DNA from: Eledone cirrhosa
Taxonomy: Eukaryota
Assembly (NCBI GenBank): GCA_964016885.1
Contig: OZ024740.1
Location: 295,368,001 to 295,432,000 of the forward strand
Length of the DNA stretch: 64,000 nucleotides
Direction of reading: 5' to 3'
The translations under genes and the position numbers were made by a program. Positions 60,369 through 64,000 of the stretch are shown piece by piece (positions within the stretch are counted from its first letter, which is position 1; every line of letters begins with the position of its first letter). The notes under the pieces were generated by a model that worked only from the letters and a program-made list of their open reading frames with translations, did no database searches and was not told the DNA's origin.

Positions 60369-60372
<4 letters not shown>
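60085..60372 (+). repeat. 3' pseudo-LTR (288 bp)
   Basis: Direct repeat of 57068-57355. Confidence 0.95.
60211..60327 (+). ncRNA. Hammerhead ribozyme, 3' pLTR copy
   Basis: Same as 57194-57310; the CATACACTATA allele gives an uninterrupted 9-bp basal stem II. Confidence 0.8.
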
Positions 60373-60401
<29 letters not shown>

Positions 60402-60444
60402 TTATATATATATATATATGTATGTATCTGTGTGTGTGTGTGTG

Positions 60445-60572
60445 TATATCTAAAATTAATTAAATTAAATTAAATTAAGGGAGTCATGTCCGAGACATGC
60501 GCCATATCCACCGTAGAATAAGATCAAAGATTCCATGACTCCCTTAATTTAATTTAATAAATTTTAGATATA
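60445..60572. repeat. Inverted repeat, ~40-bp arms with ~45-bp spacer
   Basis: TATATCTAAAATT..AATTAAATTAAGGGAGTCATG / CATGACTCCCTTAATTTAATT..AATTTTAGATATA. Confidence 0.9.
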
Positions 60573-60753
60573 TAAACGGCTCCTTAATTGTAGAGCTAAA
60601 TCAGTTGAAAGGACTCGGCTCCTATTTATAGCTGTCAATCACTCTATTCATGCCAATGGGATGACGCTAGCATGTTGTTAGTAGTTTTAGAATTGCAACA
60701 CGTGCGACGGGTCACTCGCAGATTTGCATTTGATGTGTAAACACAGATAGTTA

Positions 60754-60851
60754 AATCTTCTCCCTTGCTGAAGATCCATGATTTGACTACTGTGACTTTA
60801 CGGATTAATGGTGAAATATATTTCTTTAATGAAATATATACAAGGAGGATT
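60754..60851 (+). ncRNA. Type I hammerhead ribozyme with full 9-bp stem III
   Basis: CTTG-CTGAAGA-T CCAT..ATGG T-GAA-ATATATTTC[TTTAAT]GAAATATAT-A-CAAG; stem I extends via AATCTTC/GAGGATT; cleavage after AUA (60840). Confidence 0.75.
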
Positions 60852-61142
60852 AATCATTTTTTAAAAAGGTAATATTTGAAGCTCTAGTTAAACTTTAATT
60901 AGTTACCTACCTAGCTATGTGTGATTACACACTTTACAAATTATCCCCTGTGATTGTTTCCTGTGTTTATTTCTAGTTGATTATGTTTTGCGATGACCTC
61001 CCCTTCCCGCTTGGTGACGGTGTGAGATTTCTCTTTGTGAGACTGCTGGAATTTCAAATTTGGCGGTCACTCTAACACTGACGGGTACCATCGCTGAATG
61101 TTAATATCGATAGGTTTTTTTTTATATCGATATTGTTGGGCA

Positions 61143-61262
61143 TCCACTGATGATTTATAAGTGCCCACCTGCATATATTCCTATAGACTATGTGTAGGCT
61201 TCTACATAACATGGACATTATTTTCTCAACTTGTAGAAAACTTATAATGAAAATCGTTTGGA
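61143..61262 (+). ncRNA. Type I hammerhead ribozyme with multibranched stem II
   Basis: TCCA-CTGATGA-T TTATAAGT..ACTTATAA T-GAAA-ATCG-TT-TGGA; the insert has two hairpins (CCTGCATAT/ATGTGTAGG, TTCTACA/TGTAGAA). Confidence 0.7.
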
Positions 61263-61435
61263 AAGAGGGATGTATTTAATTATGTCTCATATAAAATAAT
61301 ACAACTGGCTATCCGCAAAATACGTATAGTTAGCACCCCAAACGTATAATTGGTATTATACTAAGGTATATCCTAATGTTTGTTGAGTGAGACGGAAGTC
61401 GGTCGGAGTATTGCTTAAAGCTTTCTCTGTTAATG

Positions 61436-61485
<50 letters not shown>

Positions 61486-61689
61486 CGACGATGAATTAGT
61501 TTTGCGAGGTTTTTTATATGAAATCGTGTGTCGAAACAAATATTGAGGACCGAGTAAGTTAGATTACCGATATAAAAGACACAGAAGCGAGAAACGAAAA
61601 CCAACCAAACAGTGAGTGTGTTCTGTTATTAATTCTGGCAATATTACACAAATATATATATATATATATATTAAATATATTAAGAAAGT

Positions 61690-61788
61690 TAAAAACCCTA
61701 CCGCGAAGCCTAGCGGATTTTGGGTTGTATTCACCAAACATTTGGCGATTACAAGCCGAAGCCGCTAGGCGTCGCGGTCGGGATTTTA
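61690..61788. other. GC-rich ~49-bp-arm imperfect hairpin
   Basis: TAAAAACCCTACCGCGAAGCCTAGCGG..TTGTATTCACCAAA-CA-TTTGGCGATTACAA..CCGCTAGGCGTCGCGGTCGGGATTTTA. Confidence 0.85.
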
Positions 61789-62302
61789 CGTTCCATTATA
61801 CCCAATCAGCTTCTTCCCTTACAGAGAGTAATATCCGGATTTGTGGCCTCCCCGGTCTCAACGCCACCGATTAGATGAAATATATATAAACTTCAGAGTT
61901 ACAAAACTCACTATTCAGCCTAAATAAAATGAATATTAAAAATCTACTTCGGTATTCATACTTTCTCAAAGCCGTCAATATATATACACACGCACGTACA
62001 CATACCCACGTACGGTCTTTATTATAAATATGTCGAGATGACCTATAATTAAATTATTCTATAGTGACTTAATCTTACGTTATTCGTGTACTGTTTGGTG
62101 CTGATAATGTTTCCGGGGTACATCTAACTAACGGATATTTTGTAATTAATTAGGTTAAAAATGTTTTAAGTTATAGTTGAGTGTTAAAACATTCTGTCTG
62201 TTTGCTAAAATATAAGAATACTGGGTTATACATTTATGAGTGTTCTACAAACATATATATATAAACTTGCGTGTGTATATGTATGTACGTATATCTATAT
62301 AT

Positions 62303-62778
62303 GTCAGGTCGCTCTCGAGTGCTACTGGTAACATGTAAGCCAGTGCAACCTGTCTTGTGGTCGTGTCATCGGCGACTAAACTGGCAACCCCACCAAACTT
62401 TCTTGGTGAGGAGGGTGATATTTGGTCACCCTGCTGGATGAAATACAAGACCCAGTAAAGGGCGAAGGAACTCAGCAGAGTCAACGGCCATCCAAATAGT
62501 ACTTTTTTTTTACCTGGGAGTGAAAGGCCCCCAGTTGTCGTCACAACACCTTTCTAAGAGAGGGAAACTCTGAAAAAAAAAAAACCTGCGGCTTTGGAAG
62601 CATCCGATGATGTTGACAAGTTCTCCTTTTCGGGTAGTGTTTTCGATGTTCAGAGAGTAGGATTGGTCGAGTGTGCAAGGCCTTTCCCCACTTAAAAAAC
62701 CTTCAAAGCACAGGCATTGCTTGTTCAGGCTCTGTTACAAGCGATTGCAATACTCTTAGCAGAGTATGCAGCCATCAT
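62303..62778 (+). mobile_element. Probable RTE-clade LINE 5'-UTR-derived fragment with degenerate HDV-like ribozyme
   Basis: GC-richer island between AT microsatellites; GCCAGT/ACTGGC (P2), GG-TCGT..GCGA-CTAA (P1.1/P4/J4-2); family assignment from recalled resemblance only. Confidence 0.4.
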
Positions 62779-63198
62779 ATCTATATAGATATATGAGAAC
62801 ATATGTGAGTATATAAAAGTAACAATACAGGATTAGTTTTAATCCCACATATACGGGTAACATTTATTCAATTATGTTTTATGCATCTAAGTTATGTTCG
62901 TGATAGAATGGTGAAGTAAAAATTAATATTCTGGTGAATATTTTGCAAATTACAAACTTGTGGCTTTCGGACAAATAATAGCTCCCGATAATCTCTTTTG
63001 AGTGAAACTAAGGAGTCTTCCGTATATATATATAATAAATGCTCGGATTTATTCCTTAGAATATATATATATATATATATAAACGTTAGAATATGTGTAA
63101 TAAGGCCAAGACAATGCAGATATGGACATAGAAAAAAGAATGCAATAGTGAAAGATATTGATGAGAATTCGTCTTTCACCTTGAATTTATTTAAATGT

Positions 63199-63233
63199 CC
63201 TTAATTTTCGAGATAATATCTCTTCTTCGGAGG
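63199..63233 (-). ncRNA. Minimal hammerhead-like motif (U4C core, extra A)
   Basis: Minus strand CCT-CCGAAGA-A-GAGAT ATT ATCTC-GAAA-AT-TA-AGG, then AATAAA; stem I only 3 bp. Confidence 0.5.
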
Positions 63234-63615
63234 GAAGTAAAAGTCTCAGACCAGCGTCTAAATTTCCAATGAAGCCATGCTGACCGGAAATAGTATAGAG
63301 TTCTAACTTTAATATCAAAGAATTAAAATTAGGTGGGTAAAGAGTAGTCTCCCTTTAAGAGGGGTTTGTTTATGTTTTTGTTGTGTTTTTTTAAATTTTA
63401 TATGCGTGCCTGTATATGTGTGTGGGAGAAAGCATGAAGGTGTAGGTATGTGGGTGTGTGTGTGTGAGTGTGGGAAGATAGGTCTAATCGTAAAAGTGGG
63501 GGGTAGGTGTTATCTGGTGTTAGAACTGGTTTTGTGTGTGTATGTGTGAGAGAGAATAAGTGGAGGTGTGCGCGTGCGTGTGTGTGGGGTGTGTAAAGTG
63601 GGGCTAGAGGCCCTA

Positions 63616-64000
63616 TCAGGTTATAAATTGGGTGTTGAGCTCTAGTCTATTATTGATTGGTGGATGTGTTCTATCTATAATGAGTGCTTCCTTGATTCTA
63701 AGATTGCCGAGGTTTCTTTCCTTAGTTTCTATCCTAACTGTTATGTTTTTATCAGTGTTTTTGCATTTAACTAGGTGTTTCTTAAATGAGGAAGCGTTAG
63801 TATTGAGGTGTTCTTTTATTCTTATGTGGAGTGGTCTGGTGGTGCTACCTACGTAGAAGTTGTTGCATTTGTCACACTCTAGTCTGTAAACTACGTAAGC
63901 CTGGTGGCATAGGTCTGTGTCGTTGATGGGGCAGTTGGCTAGTCTGCAGCAGTTGTCATGTCTGGTGGAGTGTCTCTTAGCTAGCCGTCCACGCAAAGAA
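63616..64000 (-). CDS. GIY-YIG endonuclease domain of a Penelope-like element (5'-partial)
   Basis: VVYRLECDKCNNFYVGSTTRPLHIRIKEH..KKH (CCHH), RIKEALII..PPIN; preceded by a Cys-rich linker. Confidence 0.9.
   Translation of the reverse strand, partial: SLRGRLAKRHSTRHDNCCRLANCPINDTDLCHQAYVVYRLECDKCNNFYVGSTTRPLHIRIKEHLNTNASSFKKHLVKCKNTDKNITVRIETKERNLGNLRIKEALIIDRTHPPINNRLELNTQFIT

Larger units (their letters stand above)
57068..60372 (+). mobile_element. Penelope-like retroelement (EN+), apparently intact, partial-tandem pLTR structure, inserted in (TA)n
   Basis: Single RT+GIY-YIG ORF between 288-bp direct repeats; (TA)n on the left and (TC)n(TA)n on the right. Confidence 0.95.
63081..64000 (-). 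mobile_element. Second Penelope-like element, 3' end (runs off the window)
   Basis: GIY-YIG C-terminus, C/A-rich 3' UTR, hammerhead-like motif + AATAAA, ends in (TA)n. Confidence 0.85.

Overview
Repeat-dominated eukaryotic window with no recognisable host gene. The tRNA-derived SINE family and microsatellite density suggest a cephalopod such as Octopus (inference). 1-4521 is a ~3.54-kb composite satellite unit (21-bp, 15-bp TTAGG-containing and fold-back 20-bp sub-arrays), followed by a 200-N gap. A 24-bp satellite forms two ~9-10 kb arrays in opposite orientation (4722-13908, 15870-25780) around a ~2-kb spacer. The right array abuts a 20.5-kb 27-bp satellite with higher-order structure (25781-46243). 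The last 18 kb hold SINEs, a decayed internally deleted Helitron, an intact Penelope-like retroelement (760-aa RT + GIY-YIG, 288-bp pseudo-LTRs) and the 3' end of a second one. Nearly all long ORFs in the track are satellite artefacts. The most notable signal is a cluster of hammerhead-ribozyme folds, several with very large or branched stem II and an unpaired 10.1/11.1 position, two of them in a ~1-kb ORF-less module (60443-61435). All RNA folds were derived by hand and are untested.
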